Source: Octopus bimaculoides (lineage: Eukaryota). From it: 45,949 nucleotides of DNA. The DNA is taken from positions 34,156,426 through 34,202,374 of the forward strand of contig NC_068995.1 of the NCBI RefSeq assembly GCF_001194135.2, in the 5' to 3' direction. How positions within the stretch are numbered: position 1 is the stretch's first letter; each line of letters opens with the position of its first letter. Of the stretch, positions 26,158 to 37,560 are shown in pieces. The notes below the pieces were generated by a model. It did no database searches. It had not been told where the DNA came from and saw only the letters and a program-made list of their open reading frames with translations. The translations under genes and the position numbers were made by a program.

Positions 26158-26677
26158 AATATTTATGAATGGATAGCAACGATGTTTAAACCAAATCGAA
26201 AAGAAAAGGGAAAACACCAGAAAAAGGTAAACCTACATATTTGCCATGACATATTATGAGTACTTAACATATTGGCGTCGTAGAAGTATAATCATAACGT
26301 ACGAAATGTTCTGGGTACTTTTAGACTGGGTCGTACCCATCGCTCTGCAGGTCTGATTATTGTCGACAGAAGAAAGACTTAAAGAAAGCGGAATCGACCA
26401 CAGTACAGAACTGGTACTTTAGTTATTGACCTTGAAAGGATGAAAGCAAAGTCGAATCCGATGGAATTTGAACTCAGAGTACAGAGCTGGAAAGATTGCT
26501 GCAAAGCAATCTACTTAACACGCTAACGTCTCTTCCAATTGGCCACCTATACATGCATGCATACATACATACATACATACATACGTACTTGCTCGCGCGC
26601 GCGCACAAACACACATACATACATATCTGGGAGAAAAAATCAAACATCCTTTTGACTGCAATTACTTATTTACTTAC

Positions 26678-26733
26678 TTACTACTACTACTACTATTACT
26701 ACTACTACTACTGCTGCTACTGCTGCTGCTGCA

Positions 26734-26805
<72 letters not shown>

Positions 26806-26806
26806 G
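26678..26806. repeat. (TAC)n/(TGC)n compound trinucleotide repeat
   Basis: Directly visible. Confidence 0.95.
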
Positions 26807-27191
26807 GTAATAATAACAATAAAAGTAGTAATGATTTCTTGATAAACTTTATTTCATGGACGGTCACAGTCAGTATATCGGCTCCAGCACTGAACAAGTG
26901 TTGTCTTAGACCGGAAATTTCGTCGGAAGTTGAACTCAGAACGTAAAGCTACGTAACTAAATCAATAAAAATGTTATCAATAATTTCTGACATAATGACG
27001 TGAACAAAACTTTGGAGGGAGAGAGGTTTGTTCATTAAATCACACTCGGTACTTCAATCATATTTTATAATGCAGGTCCAGGAAAGATTAAAGTTTAAAG
27101 ACGTGTTGATAATAAAAAAGAAGTTATTCTTATGAGTGGAGCCGCTCTTGATGCTCACTTTTGGGTTTATTGTTTTTGGATTTTTTAAATT

Positions 27192-27393
27192 CTTTTATAC
27201 TTTTAATTGTTTCAGTCATTTGACTGTGGCCATGCTGAAGCACCGCCTTTACTCGAGCAAATCGACCCCAGGACTTATTCTTTGTAAGCCTAGTACTTAT
27301 TCTATCGGTCTGTTTTGTGGAACCGCTAAGCTATGGGGACGTAAACACACCAGCATCGGTTGTCAAGTGATGTGTGTGGAGGGGACAAACTTA

Positions 27394-27443
<50 letters not shown>

Positions 27444-27650
27444 CACACATAACGGGCTTCTTTCAGATTCCGTCTACCAAATCCACTCACAAGGCTTTGG
27501 TCAACCCGAGGCTATAGTAGAAGACATTTGCCCAAGGTGCCACGCAGTGGGACTGAACTCGGAACCATGTGGTTAGCAAGCAAGCTACTTACCACACAGA
27601 CACTCCTACGCCTATAGCCACTCCTGCGCCTATAGCCACTCCTGCGCCTG
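27192..27650 (-). mobile_element. SINE family B, complete copy (tRNA-derived head, central (TG)n, 3' part)
   Basis: Minus-strand head with A-box-like region (gtgtggtaag) and B-box-like gagttcagtccc; shared body caccttgggcaa...ggatttggtagacgga; tail ccagcatggcc...tgactgaaac. Confidence 0.9.
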
Positions 27651-28404
27651 TGTATTAATCGACTGTAAAAATAACATTTTAAAAAAGAAAAATAACTATG
27701 CTTAGCGAACCTCTCTACGCTATATCCTTAATATACAAAGCTATTAGGAATTTCCTGGCATTTTGTGTAGCTTTTTTACTTGTCATTCCACACACAATAT
27801 GGCGTTAAGGAAATGCATGGAAAGAACAAACCTAAAGGCGGTAGACATCTTGCTGATGTGGGTAAGCAGCCTGGGCACTGCAGAGGAATTTGGATAGGTA
27901 TCATAATTTATACGTTTAAAAATATCTGCATGGATAATACATGTCTGGAATTTGGATGGTTTGTGAAAAATAGCAATATACATATATACATAAAGATTAG
28001 GAGATTCTTGTGTTTAGGAAATTATTTTCGTCAGTCAGAATTTAGTATTATTTTGTTTGGTGTTCGGCGATGAATTTCTAAAATTTATTCTGGATTCGTG
28101 CCTGCAGCCAACTTGCATGAAATATCTTGCATTACTGTTCATTTATGTTTGTGTAGTTGTTACTCTCTCCTTCTCTTCCTCACCCTCTCTCTCACACATA
28201 CACATACGTACACATACACACACTCACATACGAGGCTATCAAAAATGCCAACGAAGTTTGTGTGATACAAATACAGGCAAACAGTGGTTGCTCTGATGGT
28301 ATGTTTGCTCGTGCCAAATTCGGTAGCAGAGAGTGGTGGGTCGCTTTGCTGTTATCGCAGTCAAATGGTATTCGACAGATACATGGTTCAAATCTTATAG
28401 GCGA

Positions 28405-28685
28405 TCATATTCTTTTACTTGTTTCAGTCATTTGACTGCGGCCATGCTGGAACACCGCCTTTAGTCGAGCAAATCGACCCCAAGACTTATTCTTTGTAAG
28501 CCTAGTACTTATTCTATCGGTCTCTTTTGCCGAACCGCTAATTTACGGGGACGTAAACACACCACCGTCGGTTGTCAAGCGATGTTGGGGGGACAAACAC
28601 AGACATACAAACATATACACACACATACACATATACATATACATATATACGACGGGCTTCTTTCAGTTTCCGTCTACCCAATCCA
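28405..28685 (-). mobile_element. SINE family B, 3' part
   Basis: Near-identical to 27200-27480. Confidence 0.9.
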
Positions 28686-28778
28686 AATGCTGTGCTCGCT
28701 AATGTACTTAAATATTAACCATTGATACTATATTAGACCCATATATACATGTATTTATAATACATACCCATTTATATA

Positions 28779-29312
28779 NNNNNNNNNNNNNNNNNNNNNN
28801 NNNNNNNNNNNNNNNNNNNNNNNNNNNNNNNNNNNNNNNNNNNNNNNNNNNNNNNNNNNNNNNNNNNNNNNNNNNNNNNNNNNNNNNNNNNNNNNNNNNN
28901 NNNNNNNNNNNNNNNNNNNNNNNNNNNNNNNNNNNNNNNNNNNNNNNNNNNNNNNNNNNNNNNNNNNNNNNNNNNNNNNNNNNNNNNNNNNNNNNNNNNN
29001 NNNNNNNNNNNNNNNNNNNNNNNNNNNNNNNNNNNNNNNNNNNNNNNNNNNNNNNNNNNNNNNNNNNNNNNNNNNNNNNNNNNNNNNNNNNNNNNNNNNN
29101 NNNNNNNNNNNNNNNNNNNNNNNNNNNNNNNNNNNNNNNNNNNNNNNNNNNNNNNNNNNNNNNNNNNNNNNNNNNNNNNNNNNNNNNNNNNNNNNNNNNN
29201 NNNNNNNNNNNNNNNNNNNNNNNNNNNNNNNNNNNNNNNNNNNNNNNNNNNNNNNNNNNNNNNNNNNNNNNNNNNNNNNNNNNNNNNNNNNNNNNNNNNN
29301 NNNNNNNNNNNN
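28779..29312. other. Assembly gap
   Basis: N run. Confidence 1.
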
Positions 29313-29332
29313 ACACACACACACACACACAC

Positions 29333-29475
29333 ATACGACAGTCTTCTTCCAGTTTCCGCTACCAAATCCACTCACAAGGTTTTGGTCGGCCCGAGGCTAT
29401 AGTCGAAGACACTTTCCCAAGGTACCACGCAGTGGGACTGAACCCAGAACTATGTGGTTGGGAAGCAAGCTTCTT
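29333..29475 (-). mobile_element. SINE family B body; its head lies at 31219-31250, split off by the 1.74 kb insertion
   Basis: The minus strand reads gacgtggtttcgtggt-AAGAAGCTCACTTCC [insert] AAGAAGCTTGCTTCC-caaccacatag; uninterrupted targets occur at about 31555-31585 and 43820-43860. Confidence 0.85.
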
Positions 29476-31218
29476 TATTTTATGAAATTGGCCATGAAGG
29501 CCGTACATAGAGGAGACAACACAAGGTGGGGCCAAAAAAAAAACAATGGAGAGGATGAATTTAAATATAACGAAAGATGAAATGAAGGCCCTTCATTGAA
29601 CCTGTTAATACCACTTTTTTTTTACTAACATTAATAGTACCACTTGTAACGGCTAATTCTCATTTTTTTGAGAATGTCTATATTAAATTCTTTTAAAACA
29701 TAACCATAGCACACCCTTTTTGGCATTGCACTAATGTCCAATTTCTTGACCCACCGGTCAAAGTCAATGTCTTCCTCGTAATTCCTTAATCTCAATAGGT
29801 ACTTTGGGTCTGCCACCACTCAGTAAATGTCCTCGGGCAGTCCCCCTACTCCTGTTACATCCACTTTTACCATTCTGTCCCATGTCTCTATCTCGCTACA
29901 AAGTTCTTCCTTTTGTCTATTGTACAATATAACAAATTTATCCATGGGCCAGGGTGGGGAAATTTGGGGCTCCTGTGTGCTTGTTTGTGTTTATGTCAGG
30001 TGGGTTTGGAGAGGGTTGGTGTCTGTAAGAAGAGGTTGAGGTAGATTGGGTGTGGGATGGGGGTCATCATTTACCACGTGTACCTTTTTTCTCTTCTTTT
30101 TTTCCCGCCGTTTCCCCGCTGTTATCCACCTCCTCTTCTTCGACGCTGGTACTGGTTTTTGTCTGTGGTGCAGTTTCAATTTCCTTCTCGTGCTTCACTT
30201 CAGTTTCCACGGATAGTGGAAGACCAATTACTTTTTCGCTCTTGTGCTTCTCCTTAGCCTTTCCCAGGTGGTGGAGGACAATACGCTCTAATGTGGCCTT
30301 TCAGACCACATTTATAGCACCTTATAGACCCGCACTAACCAAAGCATCGTGAGTGGATTTGGTAGACGAAAACTGAATCCTTCCTTCCACTCTGACTTTT
30401 AGTGTAACGTCTCTGACCGTAATAGTCTCTATCATACTTTCAATATCTTCTGGGGAAACCTGTACTACCAAGTTCAGGCTTTGCACTTGCCAGTTTCTGT
30501 AGGGTGTTCTGGTGGCTTTGTAGGACCCCTACCTTTTCTTCCGTGCCTAGCAATATGGCAGCCACCAGCCAGGCTACATTCACTTCTGGGGGTGTGTTTA
30601 CAACCCTAACCCTAGAAGCACGTCTCCCAAGGTATACGGGTAGAAGCACCACTTCTTCAGTTTTTAATGGTGTGGCTGAGTGCAGTCTGGCGGTAGCTAT
30701 CTCCCGAAACTGCACTTCTACCGTTCCGTACTTTCTTCCTCTGGCAAGGTAGGATATCTTTTGCCATACTGGCTTCAACGCCTTTTCAGCTTGTGCCTCC
30801 GACACCACTTCTATTTTTCTTGTTGCCACCGTGTATGTCCTGTAAACAATTGTCCTCTATTCCTTATTCTTTATAACTTCTTTTTTTTTGGAGGGGGGGA
30901 TACCTTTACATCATTCCCCTCCCTTTTAAGTATTTCCTTAAACTTGCTCAATTCTTCGAGACATATGTCTTCACTCTTTCCCTTTGCCGCTGCAGCAAAA
31001 TTCCTTTGTTTCCATCACTCCATCAATTTTACCATTTCTTCCTCAAACGATACAAAGTCTGAAGAAGAATAATTCAAATCTTCACAACTCATCGCACGAC
31101 ATCCCTCTATTAAACAAGAGGGAAAACGTCGCACCGCCAAGACAAAAAAAAAAAGACAAACAAACAAAAAGCACGTGTTACTCACAAAACCAGCAATTCG
31201 ACTAACGAACGCTATACC
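29476..31218 (-). mobile_element. ORF1-only L1/Tx1-derived retroelement (HAL1-like): 5' UTR, frameshifted ORF1 (about 31080-29631) with RRM-like region and CX2CX4HX4C knuckle, 155 nt 3' UTR, 15 bp TSD
   Basis: ORF1 pieces RTIVYRTYTVATRKIEVV...GRKYGTVEVQF, VEGR, CYKCGLKGHIRAYC, then a Pro/Thr-rich linker and ...ADPKYLLRL...YKWYY*. The tail resembles the 14700-14764 LINE tail. TSD at 29461-29475 and 31219-31233 (13/15 identical). Confidence 0.78.
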
Positions 31219-31267
31219 GGAAGTGAGCTTCTTACCACGAAACCACGTCTATATACATACACACATA

Positions 31268-31590
31268 CCTTTTACTTGTTTCAGTTATTAGACTGCAGCC
31301 ATGCTGGGGCACCGCCTTGAAGAATTTTAGTTAAACGAATCGACTCCATAACTTATTTTTAAAGCGTCTTTCTTATTCTGTCAGCCTCTTTTGCCAGACC
31401 ACAGAACCACAGACGCAAAGACATAACACACGTTATATACGACGGGCTTCTTTCAGTTTTCGTCTACCAAATCCACTCACGATGCTTTGGTTAGTGCGGG
31501 TCTATAAGCAGAAGACTCTTGCCCAAGGTGCCACGAAGTGGGACTGAACCCGGAACAATGTGGTTGGGAAGCAAACTTCTTATCACACTG
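31268..31590 (-). mobile_element. SINE family B, diverged and internally deleted
   Basis: Family B tail, body and head motifs. Confidence 0.85.
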
Positions 31591-31744
31591 CAAGACCTAA
31601 TCAGAAATTTGTAGTTTCGGTAAACAAATCTAGTCTGAATGGGCAACACAAGCATATATACAATACGGGGGCTGGTCATCAGTAGACGATTCCTATATTA
31701 TATATGATAACAAATCCCTTGTGATGTGTCTTTCCTTTAACAAT

Positions 31745-32230
31745 ACATCACATTACATAGGGATGCTCTACACAAACACCATAAAAATATTTAGAAAGAC
31801 ACAGCAATGTCGTATATTTGATCCACACACGCCTAGTTACGCAGTTTCAGCTGTTTTAAGAAAAATCTGTCGGTGCTTAGACAAATGTCCCCTATTTTAG
31901 ATAACTTCAATGAGGAAATATTTTGGAACTTTAGTATACAAACAGACCACCAGATATCATATAATAGGCCTGGATTTATATTCCATGACAGAAATGATAA
32001 TAGCGAACTAATTATCAACATGGTTATACCAAAGTATTTTAGTGCTGTGCAGAATAAAGCAAAAAAGTCCAAGAATCACACCTAATAGATGCTGAATTAA
32101 AACTCCTATAGCAGTTAAGTAATGTGCCTATCATTTCATTTGTAATTGGCACGAATGGAGTGGATACATAACTGTTTTTGTAAATATATTGAGGAATTGC
32201 CTATAAAGAAGGGTACATTCTAGAAAATAA
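31745..32230 (+). mobile_element. Decayed R4-like LINE 3' region (RLE)
   Basis: KYLERHSNV; IFWNFSIQTDHQISYNRPGFIFHDRNDNSELIINMVIP matches the WDFxIQTD...NRPDI...IDVAIP pattern. Confidence 0.7.
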
Positions 32231-32254
32231 CGGTAGTAGGATCTGTAAAATTTG

Positions 32255-32620
32255 GTTTCAAATTTTGGCACAAGGCCAACAATTTCATTGGAGCGGTTAA
32301 GTCGATTGCATCAATCCTCAACGCTAAACGCTCAACTGGTACCTATTTTATCGACGCTCAACTGGTACCTATTTTATCGACGCTCAACTGGTACCTATTT
32401 TATCGACGCTCAACTAGTACTTATTTTATCGACGCTCAACTAGTACCTATTTTATTGACGCTCAACTGGTACCTGTTTTATCGACGCTCAAATGGTACCT
32501 GTTTTAAAGATGAAAAGCAAAGCTGACCTTGGCCGAATTTGAACTCAGAACATAAAGACGAACAATATGTCACCAAGCATTTTGCCCGGCGTGATAACGA
32601 TTCTGCAATCCCGCCGTTCT
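32255..32620 (-). mobile_element. SINE family A carrying a 26 bp x ~6.8 internal tandem array (32328-32505)
   Basis: Unit acgctcaactggtacctattttatcg; imperfect TSD gga(t/c)ctgtaaa..ttggt on both sides. Confidence 0.9.
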
Positions 32621-33169
32621 TGGACCTGTAAATATTGGTAGTGCATTTACACAACATTTTGTAACTTTGAACAACAAAATGTTTAGCTTGAATATCAATA
32701 TTCATATCAAACGCCTTTATGCATGTTCTCCACAATGCACTCAATTCTTGTTTTAAGAAGAAAATTGATGATTTCTCATATTATGAATAATAAAGATAAT
32801 TATAAAGTTTCTGATAGTGTTCCGTTCTTCTGAATACAGAGATAACGCCTACATTAATCTTCGACTCCAAAGGTCATAGAACAAAGGAGTGAAGATAACA
32901 TGAAAATTCCTTGTTTATTCTACTTAATTTTGCAATGCACTGAAATTCAGAACATGGACTAACTATTCACTGAATGTGAGAGAAGGCTCCTAAGAAGAGA
33001 ATTATGATAAGATATTGAGTGATCGAAAAGAAAGGATAGTTTCTATACAAAAATCTGAGAACGTTATTAAAATGCAAATTCCCCTTTCTTTAGAAAAATA
33101 AGTAATTAAATGCACACTAAAAGTTAAAAATGTAGAGAAGCAGATCACATTTGTTGAAGGTTTCAGGGA

Positions 33170-33640
33170 TACGACTTTCGAGAAGTGTCCAGATAAACTG
33201 GTACATGGTGAGGAGATAAACGTGAAAGGTATCCCAGTACTTCTGCAACAGCAAAACTGAACATTTGATAATCGGTACACTAAACCAGATACACAAAAAA
33301 GGAATGTCTAAAACGTAATTTATCAAGTTAGAAGAAATAAAAATATGGAGCTTGTAGTAAAGACTTAGAACCAATTGACCATATTATCTCAGACAGTTTC
33401 AGTCTTGGTTAACTTAGAACACACACAGATGATAAAATAATGTTGCTATGCTTACTGGGTAAACATACACACGCTACCAAATCAGAAAACACAATAAAAT
33501 GCACAAATACTTCTTAAAACTGTTACTGAAAGTTACAGTAGTCTGGGATGTGTCCAAAGAAACACGGAAATCATGGCAATATATCTAGACAGTATTTCTA
33601 AAGATAGGTTGATGAGAAGGAAGATCACTGCCCGGAAGGA
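33170..33640 (+). mobile_element. Highly decayed R4-like LINE fragment
   Basis: Broken motifs DKLVHG, SKTEHLII, IDHIIS, VTVVWDVS in the same order as in the 7762-8264 fragment. Confidence 0.55.
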
Positions 33641-33925
33641 AGTTGAAAGAGTGTAAATATAAATTTAGAAATATGTGGGATACAACTGTTTCGCACAGAT
33701 ATAGAAAAAATATAAAATTCCCGTTAACGCCCATTTCACACATACTACAAAAGAATAACAATGGTAATCAAGCAGTCTACGTAACACTGTTTCTCCGTAA
33801 GCTGAATGTATCAAACTCATTTTCACATAAAAAGAACAAAATACATGCAAAGAAGATAAAATTTGGTGCTGCAGAGAGAAAATACATTATAAAGAGAAAC
33901 ATCATCATCAACAACAACAACGTTA

Positions 33926-34140
33926 ATATTGGTTTCAAATCTTGGCACAAGGCCAGCAATTTTAAGGGAGTGGGTTGTCGATAAAATCCAGGGTTTAACT
34001 GGAACTTATTTTATCGACACCGAGGGGATGAGAGGTAAAGTCAGCATCGGGAGAACTTGAACACGGAGCATAAAGAGTATGAAAAATGCCACTAAGCATT
34101 TTGTCTGACGCGCTAACGACCCTGCCAAATCGCTGCCTTA
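33926..34140 (-). mobile_element. SINE family A with an internal deletion
   Basis: Tail ttggtttcaaatcttggcacaaggcc and head ctgccaaatcgctgcctt. Confidence 0.85.
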
Positions 34141-34189
34141 ACAACAATAAAAATAATGGTTTCTTTTGTTTTCCACAAACCTCCAAGAG

Positions 34190-34900
34190 ATACAATAATT
34201 GTATACAAATATTTTCTGATTTAAAACTTCCCGAGCAGATCTATTCACGATAACCTCCAGCACACTCGCTACATCATAAAAATAGTGACCAAGGAGCCTG
34301 ACATGGATGGGTCTCTTATTAATTTCACTTAATAGAAAGCTTGCGTTACAGTCGACCACCGATACTTGGCAGCTGTTCTCATAGCAGGCTGTTTTTACTC
34401 CAGTCTTCCGCACCTGGCTCGCCACAATGTACAACAACATCTGCTCAGCGGTTATGGAGAATGTTCACCTATCTGAACCATTTACTATCATACGCTCGGT
34501 CCTCCATGACTTTTCTGTATGTACTGACACTTGAGACACGGTTGCAGAAACTAAAGACGTCGATTGGTATCCCGCACGATCTATATTGTGGGAGAACCAT
34601 GTCAGCATACACGAATAAAGTCATCGTCATAGTATCGGACACCAAGCACATCGTGGTAATCGGCACCGATCTGTGGGACTATGAGGCAATGACAGGAGCA
34701 AAAAATCAACCAAGAAAATCAATGGGCTGAAGCTCAGTAACCTCGAGAGGTAGGCCTATGATGTCAAACAGCGTCGTTGGGCGCTGTTAAATTCATTGGA
34801 TTGATCTAGATCTCCAAACAGCGAACAACTGGGACGAGGTAATAACCCGAATGGCCAATTTTACTTAGAAAGCTATCCTTGAAAAATCGGACACAGATGG
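34190..34900 (+). mobile_element. Decayed L1/Tx1-like reverse transcriptase fragment
   Basis: GSLIN...VDHRYLAAVL, LSEPFTIIRSV, SAYTNKVIVIVSD (AYADD position), DYEAMTGAK-NQEKS correspond to the L1/Tx1 RT pattern DQxKAFDRVDH...AYADD...YExxSGAKINxxKS. Confidence 0.75.
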
Positions 34901-34989
34901 CGGACGCTTATATCGCCCCCGTTATACGAAATGCTGTAAAGCATTCAGCCCGGCGTACTAACGATTCTGCCAGCTCGCCGCCTTAATCA

Positions 34990-35008
34990 TCATAATAATA
35001 ATAATGAA

Positions 35009-35071
<63 letters not shown>

Positions 35072-35177
35072 TTTTTCTACTATAGACGCTAGGCCTGAAA
35101 CAACAACAACAACACTAATAGTAACAGCAACAACAACACTAATAGTAACAACAACAACAACAACAACAACAACAACT

Positions 35178-35225
<48 letters not shown>
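34990..35225. repeat. (AAT)n/(AAC)n compound microsatellite
   Basis: Directly visible; a second similar tract lies at about 39780-39903. Confidence 0.95.
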
Positions 35226-35228
<3 letters not shown>

Positions 35229-35883
35229 GCTGATGGCGCTTAAGTAAAAAATAATGACCATCCAGAAAAAGTATGTCTTTATGGATGGCTAAACAATCTA
35301 GCCTATATGAAGCAACAAAAGTTGTATATTAGTAATGGGACAAACAAACAATTAATCACTTATTGATATATTAAAAAGAAATGTTCACAACTATAATATA
35401 GATGACAATTGCCAATGTACAATCTATTTCCTCATACAATATACGACATTGCATTGAAATACACGGCACAAGTTTATAAGAAATATGTAGGAAGGCAAAT
35501 TTGATCGGCACACATCTAGTTATCTAATTTCAATTGCTTCATGAAGAAATGTTTGTAGAACAAATATAAACGCCCACCTGCTTTAGAAAATGTTACTACA
35601 ACGGAACATTAGCATACAGACAACCGTATATCACAATATCACACAACCGTTGGATGCACACAGTCTCCGCAATCTACGTAATTGTTTTGGATTTATACTC
35701 CCAAAAATATTCATAATCCACCGAAGCGAACTCGGATTTACTCAACAGAAGACTTACAGTGAGATCGCTCACTTTAAGCGATCCTTGATGCACCGAAGTA
35801 CTTCATGTAGCTAACAATAACCGAGACTGTACCTGAGAGCTGTTACAGTATTCGCCTGGATAATTTAACCCTAAATACTCATC

Positions 35884-35927
<44 letters not shown>

Positions 35928-36269
35928 TCAGTAAACCGTAAATCCGAAAGAGAAGCACACTCTAATTTATAGAGCAGTAGAGTATTTAGATAAAGAGAGT
36001 TATAGCCGGTCTATGGGGGTTACCCACGGTCTCGCATCTATAAAGCGCTTAGTTTTACAGCGTTTGTTAGACCTTAATGGCCGCTGGAGGAAAAAAAGAC
36101 CTCGTGGCTAGTTGTTGAACATATAGACAAACAAAGGAGAAGGGTTAAGCGCAAGGGATTGTGTCCTTAGACCACTATCTGGAATCTACCAGGTCAGCTT
36201 CTGAGTCCCAGAATTTCAGTAGGAATCTCCTGAAGTGTAACCCCATAGACCGTCGGACACCTTAATGCA

Positions 36270-36880
36270 AGAATAAATCTCCGAACAAACCAACGGAAAA
36301 CTACGTTAAAACTACTGGAGTTGTGGAAAAAAGACATAGAGATACAAGAAGCCAAACCAAATAAAATACTTGAGTCGAAAATTCGACGGTTGCAAAACTA
36401 CGAACACAATTACGGAACAGAATTATGAAAACAAATAAATAAAATACAGATTCATGATTAGACAAATTTTGCTTACAATAACAACAAAAAGAAACATAAC
36501 CCCGTCCATACTAATTCTCCAATCAGATCGAAAAATAATCAAAGGGCGCCAACTCCTACTTTTTCATTTTAAAAAACGAAGCCTCATCAAACAATTGCGA
36601 ACGTCAACATTGGAAAAACAAACGAAAAAAGAAACAACAATTAGAAGAGTACATACGAACAAACGAACAGAAGCAAACTTCTTAAAGCAAAACAATCCTA
36701 AAACAGACGAAAATATCAAGATAGATGGTATAACAATCGGGAAAATCCTTCCCAATATAACGGGATGACTGAGAGACATGGTACCAATGAATCACTCCCT
36801 TTTTTAGGCAACAAGATCTCCAACTCAAAACGAAAGAAAACATTAATGATATAAAGTGTCAAGAAAATATCGAACCAACT
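36270..36880 (+). mobile_element. Unclassified decayed A-rich ORF remnant, possibly the N-terminal region of a Penelope-like element
   Basis: TLKLLELWKKDIEIQE...LQNYEHNYG looks like retroelement coding sequence; the family assignment is a weak recollection. Confidence 0.25.
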
Positions 36881-37145
36881 GACATTATTTATTAATTAGT
36901 TGTTATTTTTTTATGAAACCTTTTAAAAAATTTGAATTGAAAAAACGGCGAGAAATTAGTCGCCAACTTAATATATNNNNNNNNNNNNNNNNNNNNNNNN
37001 NNNNNNNNNNNNNNNNNNNNNNNNNNNNNNNNNNNNNNNNNNNNNNNNNNNNNNNNNNNNNNNNNNNNNNNNNNNNNNNNNNNNNNNNNNNNNNNNNNNN
37101 NNNNNNNNNNNNNNNNNNNNNNNNNNNNNNNNNNNNNNNNNNNNN

Positions 37146-37180
<35 letters not shown>

Positions 37181-37206
37181 TCTTTTCCAGTGAAATTCTT
37201 CACTGA

Positions 37207-37242
<36 letters not shown>

Positions 37243-37399
37243 GATATATACACATATATGATAGAGTCTCCTGTCAAAGATGACATATGAGCGTTCACCT
37301 TTTACCAAACGATCTGCACAAAGGATTTGTTTATAGTGATTAAATGTTCGTGCCGCACATTACCTCACTCTCTCCATCAAATCGACGTTGTTTGAACAA

Positions 37400-37560
37400 G
37401 TGCATTGTGTGTCACGCGTCAGTAGTCGAAGTGATAGCAGAGAAACCTGAGATGAAGTGTTTTGCTCAAGAACACAACACACCACCCAGTTTAAGAATTA
37501 AAATCACGATCTAGTGATCGTGAGTGCAATATCCTGACCATTAGGCCATGTGCCCTCACT
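37400..37560 (-). mobile_element. tRNA-derived SINE, third family (C)
   Basis: Minus-strand A-box-like tggcctaatgg followed by gtgttcttgagcaaaacactt. Confidence 0.6.

Noticed and set aside
32328-32505. CRISPR-like array of 26 bp repeats
   Set aside because: There are no spacers; the units are contiguous and derive from the host SINE; the context is eukaryotic.
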